Source: Proteromonas lacertae (lineage: Eukaryota). Taken from it: DNA of 64,000 nt. The position numbers and the translations under genes were made by a program. Shown piece by piece: positions 1 to 12,698 of the stretch (the first letter of the stretch is position 1; every line of letters begins with the position of its first letter). Below the pieces are notes generated by a model. That model did not search any database, was not told where the DNA came from, and was given only the letters and a program-made list of their open reading frames with translations. Location: NCBI GenBank assembly GCA_002245135.1, contig NGBS01001178.1, positions 1 through 64,000 of the forward strand. The letters are read 5' to 3'.

Positions 1-1895
1 GAAATCATTGATAAGTATCTCTTCAGAAAAACTTCTTTCCTTATGAATATGTTGATTATTTGGAGAAATATGATAATCAATTTAAGGATTTGAAGATTCA
101 GGATTTCTATTCAAGTTTATCCAATTCAACAATAACAGAAGATGAATATAAGTTTGCAATGGAAGTGAATAACATTTTGTTTGAAGGAAAAGCTTCTATA
201 GGAGAATATTGTAATTTCTATTTAAGTATTGATGTTTATATCCTATGTTCAGTATTTGAGGATTTTAGACAAAACATCTTTAATCACTTTCATATTGATC
301 CTTGTTGGTATGTTTCAATTCCTAGTTTATCCTTGGATTTGTTCTTGAAAGAAAGTTCAGTTAAAATAGAGTTAATCCATGAACCTGAAATATATGATTT
401 CATCCTTAATGGATTATATGGAGGATTATCCTATATAGGAAAGAGGAAAGAAGATGCTAATAATTTCTATATGAAGGATTATGATCCAAAGAAACCTTCA
501 AAGTTTATTGTTTATCAGGATATGAATTCCTTATATCCTTCAGTAATGTATTTGTGTAAACTTCCTATAAGGAATTATCATCTTTATTGTTATGAAGATC
601 CTGGTTGTCCTAAACTTCATGAGATATTAGATTCTACTAAATTCTATGATAAGAATGATTCCTTTGAAACTACAGGATATATGTTAGAAGTGGATATAGA
701 GCCTATTTCCTATTATAAGGAGTATTTAAGAGAATATCCTATTCTACCTTCAAGAAGAAAGATTAGCTATGATGAATTGTCAGATATACAAAAAGAAAAA
801 TTAGAAGTATTATACTCTCAAAAGAGGATGATCAGAAAAATCCTGATGTTCATAAATATGTTTCCTCTGAAAAGTTAGTTACTGATTTATTGCCTAAGGA
901 ACATTATGTAATCCATTATCAGAATCTCAAATTTGCAGTTGATCATGGATATAGAGTAACAAAAGTATATAAAGTACTAACATTCTTGGAAAGTAAACAT
1001 ATGTCTAAACATATTGATCAATTAAAGGATATGAGAGTTCATGCGAAGGAAATGCATCAAACATCTACTGCTAATATTATGAAGAAATTACTTAATTCAC
1101 TTTATGGAAAAACTTTAGAAAGAGAGTTGATAAGAGGAGAAGTATCAAATTAGTAGTGTCAGAAAATCAAGCAAGAAAAGCTATTAGAGATCCTTGGTTT
1201 GATAAGATAGATACTATTCACGGAGATTTGAGATTAGTACATTATCATAAAAAGATGTTCAAAATTAATAAACCTATTCAGATAGGTATGACAATCCTTG
1301 CTCTTTCTAAATTATTAATGCAACAGTATTGGTATGATGGAGTATTACATTACAATTCACCAGAAGATGTTAGACTCTTAATGACAGATACTGACAGTCT
1401 CCTCTTTTCTGTAAAGACTAAAGATATTTATTGGAATTTCAATCATCTTCAAAAATATATAGATGGAAGTAATCTGAATATGCTCCTTTCAGTAATTACT
1501 ACAAATGGGATTCATTATCATGTAAACCAGGAACATTAAATAAACTCAAGTTTGAGGAACAGGACGGTAAGAAATTCTATGTCATCACTAAGTTTAGAGG
1601 ATTGAAATCCAAATGTTACTATTATGAAAAGGAATGTGTTAATGATGGTACACTCAAATCCTCCAATAGATGTAAAGGATTAATAACAGCTATAGCAAGT
1701 AAGATGACTGGAGATGATTATACTGAAATGGTTGATGGATATGTTTCTAAACAGAAGTTTGATATTAATCATATTAGAAGTAGAAATCATCATATCTATA
1801 CTGCTTATGAAGAAAAGATAGGACTTACATATTTTGATGATAAAAGATACTTTGAGGATGATTATGAAACAGTTCCTTATGGATACAATAATTAG
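1..1895 (+). mobile_element. Protein-primed family-B DNA polymerase (pPolB), Polinton/Maverick/adintovirus-like; 5'-truncated by the window edge and broken into 4 ORFs by frameshifts
   Basis: Motifs occur in colinear order: FPYEY, YLSIDVYILCSVFEDFR (exonuclease region), GLYGGLS, YQDMNSLYPSVM (motif A), KKLLNSLYGK (motif B), MTDTDSL (motif C), KSKCY, KG, and a DDKRY...TVPYG C-terminus. No introns are apparent, unlike host genes. Confidence 0.88.
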
Positions 1896-1970
1896 ATTTC
1901 CTCTAATATTATATACTGATTCTATATTCTTATTTTTGTTTTAATCTATTCTAGTCTATACTATAGTCTA

Positions 1971-2022
1971 GTCCTCCACCCCGCCGGCATCCCCCCCATC
2001 GGCCCCCCACAGGGGGGCTGGT
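1971..2022. other. GC-rich island containing a stem-loop
   Basis: GCCCCCC-ACA-GGGGGGC at 2002-2018 is a perfect 7-bp stem. C-runs of 4, 7 and 6 nt stand out in an otherwise very AT-rich window. Confidence 0.8.
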
Positions 2023-2046
2023 CAGATAGACACATAAAAAATTATA

Positions 2047-2289
2047 ATCCTCTAGTATGATACTATCATATTGGAGGAAGAATTTTTTATAATTCATCAT
2101 TAGAGCTTTCAAATTTTTTCAATAATATTATGTTTAAGATAGAGGATTTTTCATTTGTCATCTTTTTTAATAAGAGGATTTTATAAAATTTATATTTCCT
2201 CTTTTAAAGAGGATCTAAAAATCCTCTTTCCTCTTTCAGAGAGGATCTAAAAATCCTCTTTTAGAAGAGGATCCTCTATAAAAGAGGAT
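2047..2289. repeat. Array of AGAGGAT/ATCCTCT direct and inverted repeats
   Basis: AGAGGAT at 2141, 2173, 2208, 2240, 2266 and 2283; ATCCTCT at 2047, 2221, 2253 and 2271. A 22-bp direct repeat AGAGGATCTAAAAATCCTCTTT lies at 2208 and 2240, and a perfect palindrome AGAGGATCCTCT at 2266-2277. Confidence 0.85.
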
Positions 2290-2304
2290 TTCATGCATTT
2301 ATAT

Positions 2305-2470
2305 TATATATATTTATACTTCAAAACTTCTACTAATATATAATAACGGTTTAAAAGGGCTGAATAACTGAGATATAAAGAATTATAATTTGATAGAATA
2401 GCCAATCAAATCACTCCAAATGTAACCAATCAAATAACAGCATTCCGACCAATCAAATCTCTCCAACAAA
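2305..2470. promoter_or_regulatory. Triple-CCAAT conserved non-coding module, copy 1
   Basis: CCAAT at 2402, 2426 and 2449 (spacing 24/23). The flanks ATATAATAAC and CTGAGATATAAA match the 41.1-kb copy. Confidence 0.7.
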
Positions 2471-2776
2471 TATTTCATTTTAAGTATAATAAAACTATTA
2501 TAGTTTATATTTTATTTATGATATTGTAGATATTATAACTGAGAATTGTAGAGGTTATAGTAACTAATAGTAGTAAATTAGGTTGAAATACCGATCTTCT
2601 TGTATGTATAACAAGCGTTTTAATTGTATGTATAGTCATATCAGCAGTAATTATACATTATATTTTGTTAAAAGATGAATTGGTTATTGTTTGTATTATG
2701 TATTGTGTTTTTAGATAGATTATTAATTTATTTGGGAAAGAAAAATATCTCACTTTAAAAGAGAGCTTGAAAAAAG

Positions 2777-2890
2777 CTCAAGTATTTCGCAATAAATCTC
2801 AAGTTTTTAGAAAATGTCGGTTTCACACTTAAGTATTTTGAAAATAACTCGAAGGCTTGCTTAAGTTTTTCGAAAATTATCTTAAGTAAA
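2777..2890. repeat. Iteron-like 18-bp degenerate direct repeats, consensus CTYAAGTWTTTHGAAAAT
   Basis: Copies start at 2777, 2798, 2828 and 2860, with a partial copy at 2881. Confidence 0.75.
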
Positions 2891-2911
2891 AGTAAAATCA
2901 CTGTATTACTA

Positions 2912-5900
2912 TTATTTTTTTACAGTATTCAATATTGAAGATGGTTGTATATATTTTATAAAAAATTCCTGTTCATATATTTCTTTCTTAAATTCTGACA
3001 GATAGAATGTTTTATTAACCTTTCCATTAACTTCTCCTATACAAATGTCATTAAACTTAAATTCTGTTTTAGTATTTGATGGATTTATACTCACTATTCC
3101 ATGTAGTTTAGTATTTCGATCTATTATTCGATTGAAGTGTGATATAAGATTTTTGGGGCATTTAATTTTCTTGTAGAATTTCCTTTTGATGAAACAAATA
3201 CATAATGAAAATCTAACCATCCCATTGTCATAGCTAATTTTATAATACATTCATCAATTATATTATTATATCCTTCATCTATATCACTACTTATTTTTAT
3301 TCTCTCATCACTTATAATATGAATAAAGCAGTTATTCATCAAATAAATCATTTCTCTATTCTCAAGAGTGGCTAAGTGAAGTATACAAACTCCTTTCATT
3401 TTAGTACAATATATATCACTATCGAATAATTCTTTAAACTTTTCAAATTCATTGTCTTCTATGTTTTCTAAAACAAGTGCAGTTCTAGTATCCTTAATAA
3501 CTAATTTTTCTGTATGATATAAACAGTTGTAAAAAACTAGTTCTTCAAATAATAATTGAAATATATTACCTTCTTTTTTACTATCAATTCTGTTAAAGCG
3601 ACTTTGAATTTCTTTAATGTTATTTGGTTGTGCTGTATGTTTAATACTATAGAAGATAAAATCAAATATTTCATTAGATATAAACTCCATTTGATTGTTA
3701 TCGATAGAACGAAAATCAATATATGAATATTTCACCATATAATGGCATAATGTACTATCAAATGATGTAGTATTTGTGGATGTATTTTTATTATTTTCAT
3801 TTGATGAAGGTTCACTTAGATATCTCAATAAAAAATCCATATAACTAAGACCACCTATTATTCGTTTAATACCTTTTGAATATAACTCTTCCCAATAATC
3901 TCTACCATAACATATATCATATATTGCTGAATAATAGATATGTCTTGGAACATTTCCATATTTACTATTAAATCCATTTTTATATATTGATTCTTGCAAT
4001 TCAATTGGTAAACATTTTCTTTCCCATTCTTCAATTTCATCCTTAGTGAAAACATCCATATAATAATATATTCGATTTATTTCTGAATCATTAAAATGTT
4101 GATAATTATTTATATCTGGTGAAGTAACATAGAACAATATTGAAGCATTTGTACTATCTGGATCAAGGTTATATGAATCAGATATAGCTATTTCAGAGTA
4201 TTTTTCATCATTTTCTACTTCAATTACATTTTCTTCGATTAATCTATATTTATCATATATTTTTTCCTTTGAACTTTTATGTACTGTTGCTGCAATTTTC
4301 AATTCACTTTTCTTTGATTCATCCTTTTCCTCCAATTCTATCCATTCTTTATTCATTGCATTTTTCTTTTTTTCTATTTTTTCATTCAATTCAATAATTT
4401 TCTTTAACAAGAATATAATAAAGGAGGTTTTACCACATCCTGGATTTCCTCTTAACAAAATTTTAAATGAATATTGTAAATCTGTCTTTTCATCAAACAG
4501 CTTTTTCTTCACATACTCTATATAAGGTTCTATATCAGATTCTTTATAATCACTTGTTTTAAGAATAGGAGTAAATAATATATCATCTTCTCTTATACAC
4601 TCATTCAATATTTCAACTATTAAATTACTACTTTCGTATTTTTCATCTTCGAATAATTTTTCCAACTTAGCAAATAATATATAATATTTTAATTCATTCC
4701 ATATATCTTTATAAACTTGTCGGATATACACTCTCTTTTCAGGATACTGATATATTTCACAGTCAATACTAATTGTATTATCATAATTTAATATTACTGG
4801 TTTTTCAAATATTCGACATAAAGAATTCGTTTCTATTATTAGAATATTATAATAATATAAATATACTTTTACAGGTTGAAGAATAATCTTTTAGACTTCC
4901 TTTCACATTTGTTATTGAATTATATGAAGATATTAACTTTTCATAATACTCTTTTTCGGCATATTTAAATAAATTAGATATATAATTATCAATATCATCA
5001 CGTATTTTAGGTAATACTGACAAAAACACTTTGTTAGTATTTTCATCTAATTTTCTTTGAAGCGCAGAGAATAATACATTTATATTTTCATCATTTATAG
5101 GAATTGGTAATTTAGATAATAACTCTTTAATATCATCATCAGTAGCTTCATTAGTGATAGGTAATATTGATAAAAACTTATAAATATCATCTTTAGTAGG
5201 AACAGCTAATTTAGATAAAAATTCACTTCTATTAACTTCACTAATAGTGAAAGGTAATCCTAATAGAATCATATTAATAACTTCTTTACCAGCATCATGA
5301 GGTAATTCTAATAAAAACTTTTCTATATAATCTCTACTAGAATTAACGAGTAAATCTAATAATAAATCATTTAAACAGTTTCCTTCATTATTAAACATGC
5401 CATAATTTGATAATATATTTTTTATGCCATCTTTCTTAGCATCAACAAGTAGTGTTGATATGAACTTATTTTTATCCTCTTCAACAATATTAACAGGTAA
5501 ATTATCTATAAACCTGTAAATATTATCTTTATTAGCATCTTCAGTTAAATTAGACAACAACATCTCTATACCCTTCTTCTTAGCATCAACAAGTAGTGAT
5601 GATATTAATTGATTCTCTTGATTACTGGTAATAGGTAAATTATAAAATGTCATTTCAATTTTCTGTTCATCAAATTTAATGTTTAAATCATTGAAAAACT
5701 TTTTCATATCCTCTTTAGTAATCTCAACAGGTAAACTAAATAATAAATCATCCAAATAGTCTATATTAACGGTAACAGTTAATCCATTAAATAACATTTC
5801 TACATCCTCTTTATCAGCTTCAATAGGTAAAGCTGATATTAATTTATTTCTATCATCTTCACTAATTGTAAATCCCAATTCAAATAACATCTTTTCAATA

Positions 5901-8900
5901 TTCTTTACTTTAATAGTAATTTTCAATCCAAATAATGAACTACATAATTTCTCTTTAGCATCTTCAACAAGAACTGTAAGTAATACTATTTCTTGATTCT
6001 GTTTATTAATAGTCAATTCTGATTTTAACTGTTTATAATAATCTTGATTATCAGAAGAAAGTGAGAGATATAACTGATGTTTATCAATAGGATTGTCTAA
6101 TCCACGTAATATTTCATCTAAGTATTGTTTAGTAGAATCAATAGGTAAAATTGATAATACTAAATCAATGAAATGTTTTGTAGGTAAAGTAAATCCAATA
6201 AAGTCTTTCAAATGTTTTACGTAATTACTTTTATCTTTGTTTAGTACCATACTTTCATCTATTTTCCTACATACTTTTTCAATACTATTTACTATCATTT
6301 TATTCTCTTTATTCAACTCCAATTTATTACCAGGTTTACTTAAACCATCTATAATACTTTTGTATTGATCTATAGTTTGTTTTAAACTGTCTTCGCTATT
6401 CGGTTTTATAATAATATCTTTAAAGTCATTAACCACAATTTTAATATCTTTTTCATTCTTAATTCTCTTTTTAAATGGTTCTTGAATAAGTAAACTTGGA
6501 TAAACTGTTGGTGTGTATTTTAATGTTGTACTAGCATTATATCTTTTCATTTCAGGAGGGGTGGTAGTTATACTTGTTAAAACACTCAATAATTGTTTTT
6601 CAGTTATTTTTAAAAGACTAATTCTAAGTCTTTTGGATTTTATAGACATGATTATATCTTCTGGTATAATTTTCTTTCCATTATCTTTTACAATTACTTT
6701 TACTTCAGATTTTATATCCCATTTATAATTCTTCTTCATTTCTTTCATCATTTCTTCTTTAATATCTACTCCATACTGCCCAAAACCTGCATGACCACCT
6801 ACAAGTGGGTGAGTAACTACATCACGTTCATATGCAACAATTATTATTTTAAATATAGGATTGCACTTGTTTAATTCATTTTCAATATCTTCTAAACTTG
6901 TGCTTGTCGATTTTAATTCTTCTTTAATTGACTATAATAATAAAAAAAAATGTAATAAAATATACAGTAATAATTTCTTTATCCATAGCATCTTTCTCTG
7001 CATCATCTAACTCATTGTATATTACATCGAAGAAATAGTCATCCAGATTATGAAATAACTGTGAGTTAATTTGATTATTTAGTTTTAATTTTACTAATTC
7101 ATTTGAATCATCAAGATCAAATATACTTAACAATTGAAGTTGATATTGAAATGAAAGAATATCATTACTATTATAAATTTCATCACTATTATACATTTCA
7201 TCACTATCATTACTATCATCTTTTTTTATTGTATGAAATGTATGAAGTTGATCTATATATAATTCGAATGTTTGAAGATCATTTTCAGATTTAAACTGTA
7301 AATATGATTGGAATATATAATAAATTGTGTATATATTACTCTTCATTGATTGTATTTCGTTACATGTATTTTTTAATTTTTCTAGATTATCTTTAAAAAC
7401 AGGAATTTGATTATTTAAATTGGTCAATCTATCTAATAAATAATGTATTGTTTCTTTAAACAAATTAATTAAACCTTTCAATTCATCAATTTTTTCACTG
7501 TAATGTAATTCATCAAGTAATCCTAGAAGTTGTTTTTTAAATACTTCTGATTGCATTTGTAATTCTATTATTATATTTGATTTATCTGGTTCATTTTGTA
7601 TATCATTTAATTCTTCAATAAACATTTTATCCACTTCATTTTTCATATTTGATATTGCTTTATTTATCTTTTTTGGCTTTACTGAATCTGGTAATCTATC
7701 TACTAGATTTTTAGATATAAGTAATAAAACTTTCAGTTTATATGCTTTAATTGGTATGGAAATATCCTTCTTTTGTTCATTCTTGATGTGTACAGTTGTT
7801 CGTTTTACAGATTTCATTTCGTCCATTTCTATTTTTAATTTCTTTATATGTTCGACTAATTCATCTAATTGTTTTGTTAATACTTGTAATCGAATTTTCT
7901 CATTTTTGGGGTGCAATTCACATTCTAATTCTTTAAATCTATTCATATCACTATCCATAACTTTCAAGAATTCTTCTTTTCTAACATTACTATATATTTC
8001 AATCAGACTATTGTCAATGTCATTCCTACAGCTAATTTCATTGATTAAAAACTATAAAAAATAATAGTAATAGAATATTATATACGTAACTTTCACAGAG
8101 GATTCTTTTACGCTTATCCATTTTGAATATTATATCTTCTTTATAATTAATTGGTATATAACCAAGTTCATATATTGAAGATTCTCGATCAAAATCTTTT
8201 GGAAGTGGCTTATCTGCAGGAGGATTTAATATGTAGTTTATCATCACATCCTTATGACGATTGTATATCATCTAATCAATTATAATATTACATATATATA
8301 TACATTCAGAAATACAATTACAGTATCATTTATAGGATGTGTATCTGAAATTGTCATTTGAACAGATGTAACACTGGATTTAGTGATAATACAGCCATCT
8401 ATTGCTGGGAAATTATGAATTTCACTAAAATCAACATATAATGTATCAACTTCTGTCTTTTCATTATCTTTATCATAATACCTTTCACCATCTTCTGAAA
8501 GATATTGAGCAAAGTCTTTCATATTGTCATGATAAGCTAAACCTCCTTGAATATATATTATACTACTTTCATCAATCAACCTATTTCTTATTATAATGTG
8601 CATCATTCTTTCAAACTTAAAACCATCTCCTTCCTCCTCAAACAAATTATACAACTTTGTAAACTTTTCTTTACTATTAAAGCATCTTCTTAGAATTTCT
8701 CTTTCTATTTCCTTTGATATAAACTTTAATCTTTCTGGAACAAAATCTACTCTATCAGTATCATATATATAAAACCATTCATTGTATGAAGGTGGTATAT
8801 ATGATGGTAAAATATCTTTATCTTCATTAAATATTCTATCATTAATTGGATGTTCGTATTCAATCAACTTATGTTTCCAGTAATTTTTTTCTTCATCTGT

Positions 8901-9448
8901 GAATGGTAGTATATAGAATTGTACTGGAGCTCTTTTATTACTCATAACTTTGTATTTCTCTGCTTTTGGAGAAGAAACCATAATGACTATCTCACAATTG
9001 CTGTAGTCATCTTCTTTAATGGGAATATCATCACTGATTATTATCGTTTTTCTGTTTGTATCAGGTAGAACTATTGTTTCTTGATATTCTACACCATAAG
9101 CTTCTCGAAAATAATAAGTAGTTGTATTATTATTATCAGTACAAATTATAAATATATTATATTCCTTCAAATCAGTATCTATGTTTAAACAGTATGCTAG
9201 AAAACAGCTGAACGTTGTCTTACCTAATCTATCATTACCATAAACCAAAAAACATTTTTGATATTTTGATCCATGGTTCTTGATAAGACTCTTCATCTCA
9301 CTGTAAATACGAATGAAGCAATCTCGAACTATAAGGAACGGATCAACATTAAAAAAAAAGGCTTGTTATTGTCATATTTCCCATAATTTGGATTTATTTT
9401 CTTTAGGTTATTAAATCCCAATTTATAATCTAAGTTAATTAAACGCAT
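2912..9448 (-). CDS. Giant (about 2100 aa) Crinkler/RHS-like protein: NTPase-nuclease module, coiled coil, 16-aa repeats, second NTPase module
   Basis: ORFs 8280-9296, 8038-8271, 6924-7967, 4847-6751 and 3124-4731 join in frame through four GT-AG introns of about 32-34 nt (e.g. 8272-8303). Module 1 motifs: LIVRDCF, GNDRLGKT, MVSSP, FYILPFTDEE, FE..PAID..VQMT..H. Module 2 motifs: VYIRQVY, GNPGCGKT, VTSP, YGNVPR. A start at 9448 needs one indel in the A9 run at about 9355. The stop is at 3124, or at 2912 if there is a further frameshift. Confidence 0.75.
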
Positions 9449-9499
9449 GATTAAAGAAACAAGTAATATTGGAGTAAATTTGTTTCGATTAATACAAAT

Positions 9500-9685
9500 T
9501 GAATATAATAACGACCTTAAAACAGTTAATCGATTAGATAAATGTAATTATATTTGGAATGAATAGCCAATCAGATAGCGCCAAGTTTAACCAATCACAG
9601 ATCTTAAAATAAACCAATCAAATTTCCTAATTTTATTTTTTTGCATTTCGTTTTTCTCATGATATATAATAAAATGAAGGTTAGT
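9500..9685. promoter_or_regulatory. Triple-CCAAT conserved non-coding module, copy 2, upstream of the first Crinkler/RHS-like gene
   Basis: CCAAT at 9567, 9591 and 9614 (24/23 spacing). The downstream flank TTGCATTTC-TTTTTCTC-TGATATATA..AAATGAAG is shared with the 41.2-kb copy. Confidence 0.7.
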
Positions 9686-10601
9686 TTTATGTCGATTGGC
9701 TAACATTTACCTGTTATAATTAGTTTCATGATGTTGAGTGATGTGAAGTGATTTTTATAGGTGTTGTTAATTTTAAACATAGTATTCAAATGAGTTATCT
9801 ATTATTGAGTTGAATTTATTTGAACTGTTGTAGTTATATTATTTCTTCAAATACTAATATTGTCTTTTGCTAATGAATTGAAATATTTAACAAGTGACAG
9901 TGATATAGTAGTTATGAAGTTAGATTTGAGTAGTTTACACAGTATTAGAGTGTTTTGTTTAGCATATGAAGAGAAAGAAGATCCATAGAAAATTATAGAA
10001 TAGGCAAACATAGCCATTGAAGTATCATGATCAACAATCACACTATTCCATTAATAAATAATATTAGGAGAAAAAATGTAATAATTGATTTACCATTTGA
10101 AATATCTATTTACATCATATAATGACACAATTAATTTAAGACATAGTTCGCCGTTCTTTTCACTATCTAATATGTGGAATATCTCCATTGGAGGAATTAA
10201 CGCTTTATAGTGAAATCAATTTATAGTAAAATCAATGTTTTTAGTTACATTTTGTAAACAATTTATATACAATTTGTAAACAATTTTTACTGATTTATAG
10301 TCTATTTTAATAGATTAAACTCTCCAATTTTTAAATCAACTTTATATATATAATTGAATAAACTGTAGAGATGACTACCCTGCCGGAGTAGAACAGCTCA
10401 CTAAATCTAGAGGTTTACTAAATCTAGAGATGATTAATACAATCTGTGACATTGTGCCAGAGTCCCATTTATACACTATATATAAGTGTCTGGTAGACAA
10501 ATGGCCAACTATGACAAACGGCACACAACATTATTTTTGAATGGTAATAATTAGTAAAGTATATTTTTTAGTTTTATTCTATATAAAATAACAAAAACAA
10601 T

Positions 10602-12116
10602 TTAATCCCAAAAACTTCTATTACTTAAATAATATAAAACATCATTATTACATTCATTTTCATTATTGCAGTATTGGTTATGAAGACATTCTTCAATCTC
10701 TATGTTATATTCATTCTTAGCTTCAACACAACCAGTTAATCTTATCATATAATACAGTGACAATATATCTTCATATTTCATTATATTCTCATTAACATTG
10801 AACAGTTGCTTCTTTTGATAATAGCTAATTTTGGATGGAAAAACAATATCAACATCAATAACAAGAGGATTATATAAATATGGAGTATTGGGATTTGTAG
10901 GAACTATTTATAAGTATAATAAATATATATATACAAATTGGTAATCCTTTATTATATAATGTAATATTATAATTATCTGAGTAAGTTAAATTATCATAAT
11001 AATCATGATTGTGAGATATATTAATTATTTCATTATTAAAATGAGAAATACTTTTATTATATCCTATTATGTTATCAACTATACTGATTGAAAGATTATA
11101 ATGTAATGTCTATATATATATATATAATATTAACATATACTCCATTAACAATTGAATAATCATTTTCATTTTCTTCTATCACATACACTATCACGATTGA
11201 TCCTATTCTATTGTTAATCATATCTTCATTTCCTTCATTCTCTAGTTTCATTTCTTCAGGAATATAACCACGAGGTAATGTTATATTATATGTAAATAAC
11301 TCAGAATTTACCTAATAATTAGATAATAATAATAATAATAATACTTTTGTACCATGACAATATGGACAAGGACTTTTAATTATTCTTCCACTTCCTCCAC
11401 ACAAACTATAAATAATAAAAACATATATATATATATATACTTGCATGTATAATTAAACGAAGAAACAAAATCTTTGTTCTTATTATCAATATATTGTCTA
11501 TTTCCTTTGCCTAAACACAATGGACAAATTTCTATATCATTTATTGACAAAGCACCAAATCCATCACATTTTTTACATTTTCTATTTCTATATACACTCA
11601 ATTCAAATGTTAATCCATTATAGATATCTGATATTGAAATGTGTTTTGTATAAATTATATCTAAATTTATCTGTTTTGGTGTTGGTTTGTAATGATATGT
11701 GAAATAACCATTTTTGAAAATACTTATATAGTTATTCTCATGATCATTGTATGTTTTTTCTGTGGATATTACATCTTTATCATCAGTTTGTCCTGATAAA
11801 TCATATTGTCTTCGTTTATCTTCGTTGGAGAGTATTTCATAAGCATGAACTATATCTAAAAACATTTCTTCCATTTCTTTGGTGGAATTTTCTCGAATTT
11901 TATCTGGATGAAATTCTAAAGCTAACTATTATAGTGAAAATGAAAATATACTTTGTGATATGCTTTTTTTATTTCTCTAGAAGTTGCATTAACTTTTACA
12001 TGTAGAATCTATTCAATATACTGAATAGAATACAATACCTCATAAAGTGTTCTACAATACAACTCAATAAATAGTGAAAACAGCACAATTACACAACATA
12101 ACATTGAATTATTCAT
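10602..12116 (-). CDS. DnaJ (Hsp40) class A chaperone with hydrophobic N-terminus, probably ER-luminal; multi-exon
   Basis: J domain [16 protein letters not shown]...[15 protein letters not shown]; zinc-finger repeats [16 protein letters not shown] and CPYCHG; C-terminal DVDIVFP. Exon boundaries are approximate. Confidence 0.85.
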
Positions 12117-12322
12117 TTTTAAAACTTATTATATTTATATATCAACAGAAATTTAATTGAATTAATATTTATTTTGAAAAATAATTCAAACCTGTTTGAT
12201 ACACAATGTTTTCATCATTTTTTCATCAAATACTGTGTATATTGCGAAAATAACTAAACAATATGAATTGAAATGATCATAACTACACAATAATATATAA
12301 ATTAATAAATAATAAAACACAT

Positions 12323-12646
12323 CTATTCTAAATCTTTTGGTTTTTCTAATAATTCTTCATTTACATCACATTTCTGTTTATTTAGAGATGAATTAGCTCT
12401 TTTCTTTGCTTGATTTCTCATTGCTTCAAAAGGTGTAATATTCTGTATTGGTTTAGACATCTCTTCCTGTCTTTCATGAATATACTTTGCAGATTGTTCT
12501 GCTGCATATTCTTTCTTTAACTTGTTTAAATGTGCTCTCTTCCATTCGTATTTAATCATATAACCAGCTCCAACAGTACCTATACTAAAAGCTATAAATG
12601 ATCCTACTATTCTTCCTACTGTCCAAGGTCCTTTAAAAACAGACAT
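12323..12646 (-). CDS. Small hypothetical protein with one N-terminal transmembrane segment
   Basis: 107-aa ATG-started ORF with a hydrophobic stretch IVGSFIAFSIGTVGAGYMI followed by a basic helix. Confidence 0.6.
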   Translation of the reverse strand: MSVFKGPWTVGRIVGSFIAFSIGTVGAGYMIKYEWKRAHLNKLKKEYAAEQSAKYIHERQEEMSKPIQNITPFEAMRNQAKKRANSSLNKQKCDVNEELLEKPKDLE

Positions 12647-12698
12647 TGAAATATTTGATTGTCAAGCTAAAACTTGAGTCTTTTGGTTGATTATTTCG

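Noticed and set aside
820..1600. Programmed frameshifting in pPolB
   Set aside because: There are several breaks with no shared slippery motif, and similar indels occur in host genes. Error or decay is more likely.
1968..2054. Helitron 3' end (hairpin plus CTAG)
   Set aside because: The CTAG motifs are about 30 nt from the hairpin, farther than typical, and no Rep/helicase is visible.
2141..2890. Repeat arrays as a possible CRISPR array
   Set aside because: The repeats are short and degenerate, the spacers are 3-25 nt and irregular, there are no cas genes, and the context is eukaryotic.
2305..9685. CCAAT copies 1 and 2 as LTRs flanking gene 1
   Set aside because: The copies are too diverged, with no TG...CA ends or RT/integrase. 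The second giant gene has the element on its 5' side only.
10370..10530. Slightly GC-richer segment with a duplicated ACTAAATCTAGAG as a possible ncRNA
   Set aside because: No convincing tRNA, snoRNA or snRNA structure could be identified by eye.
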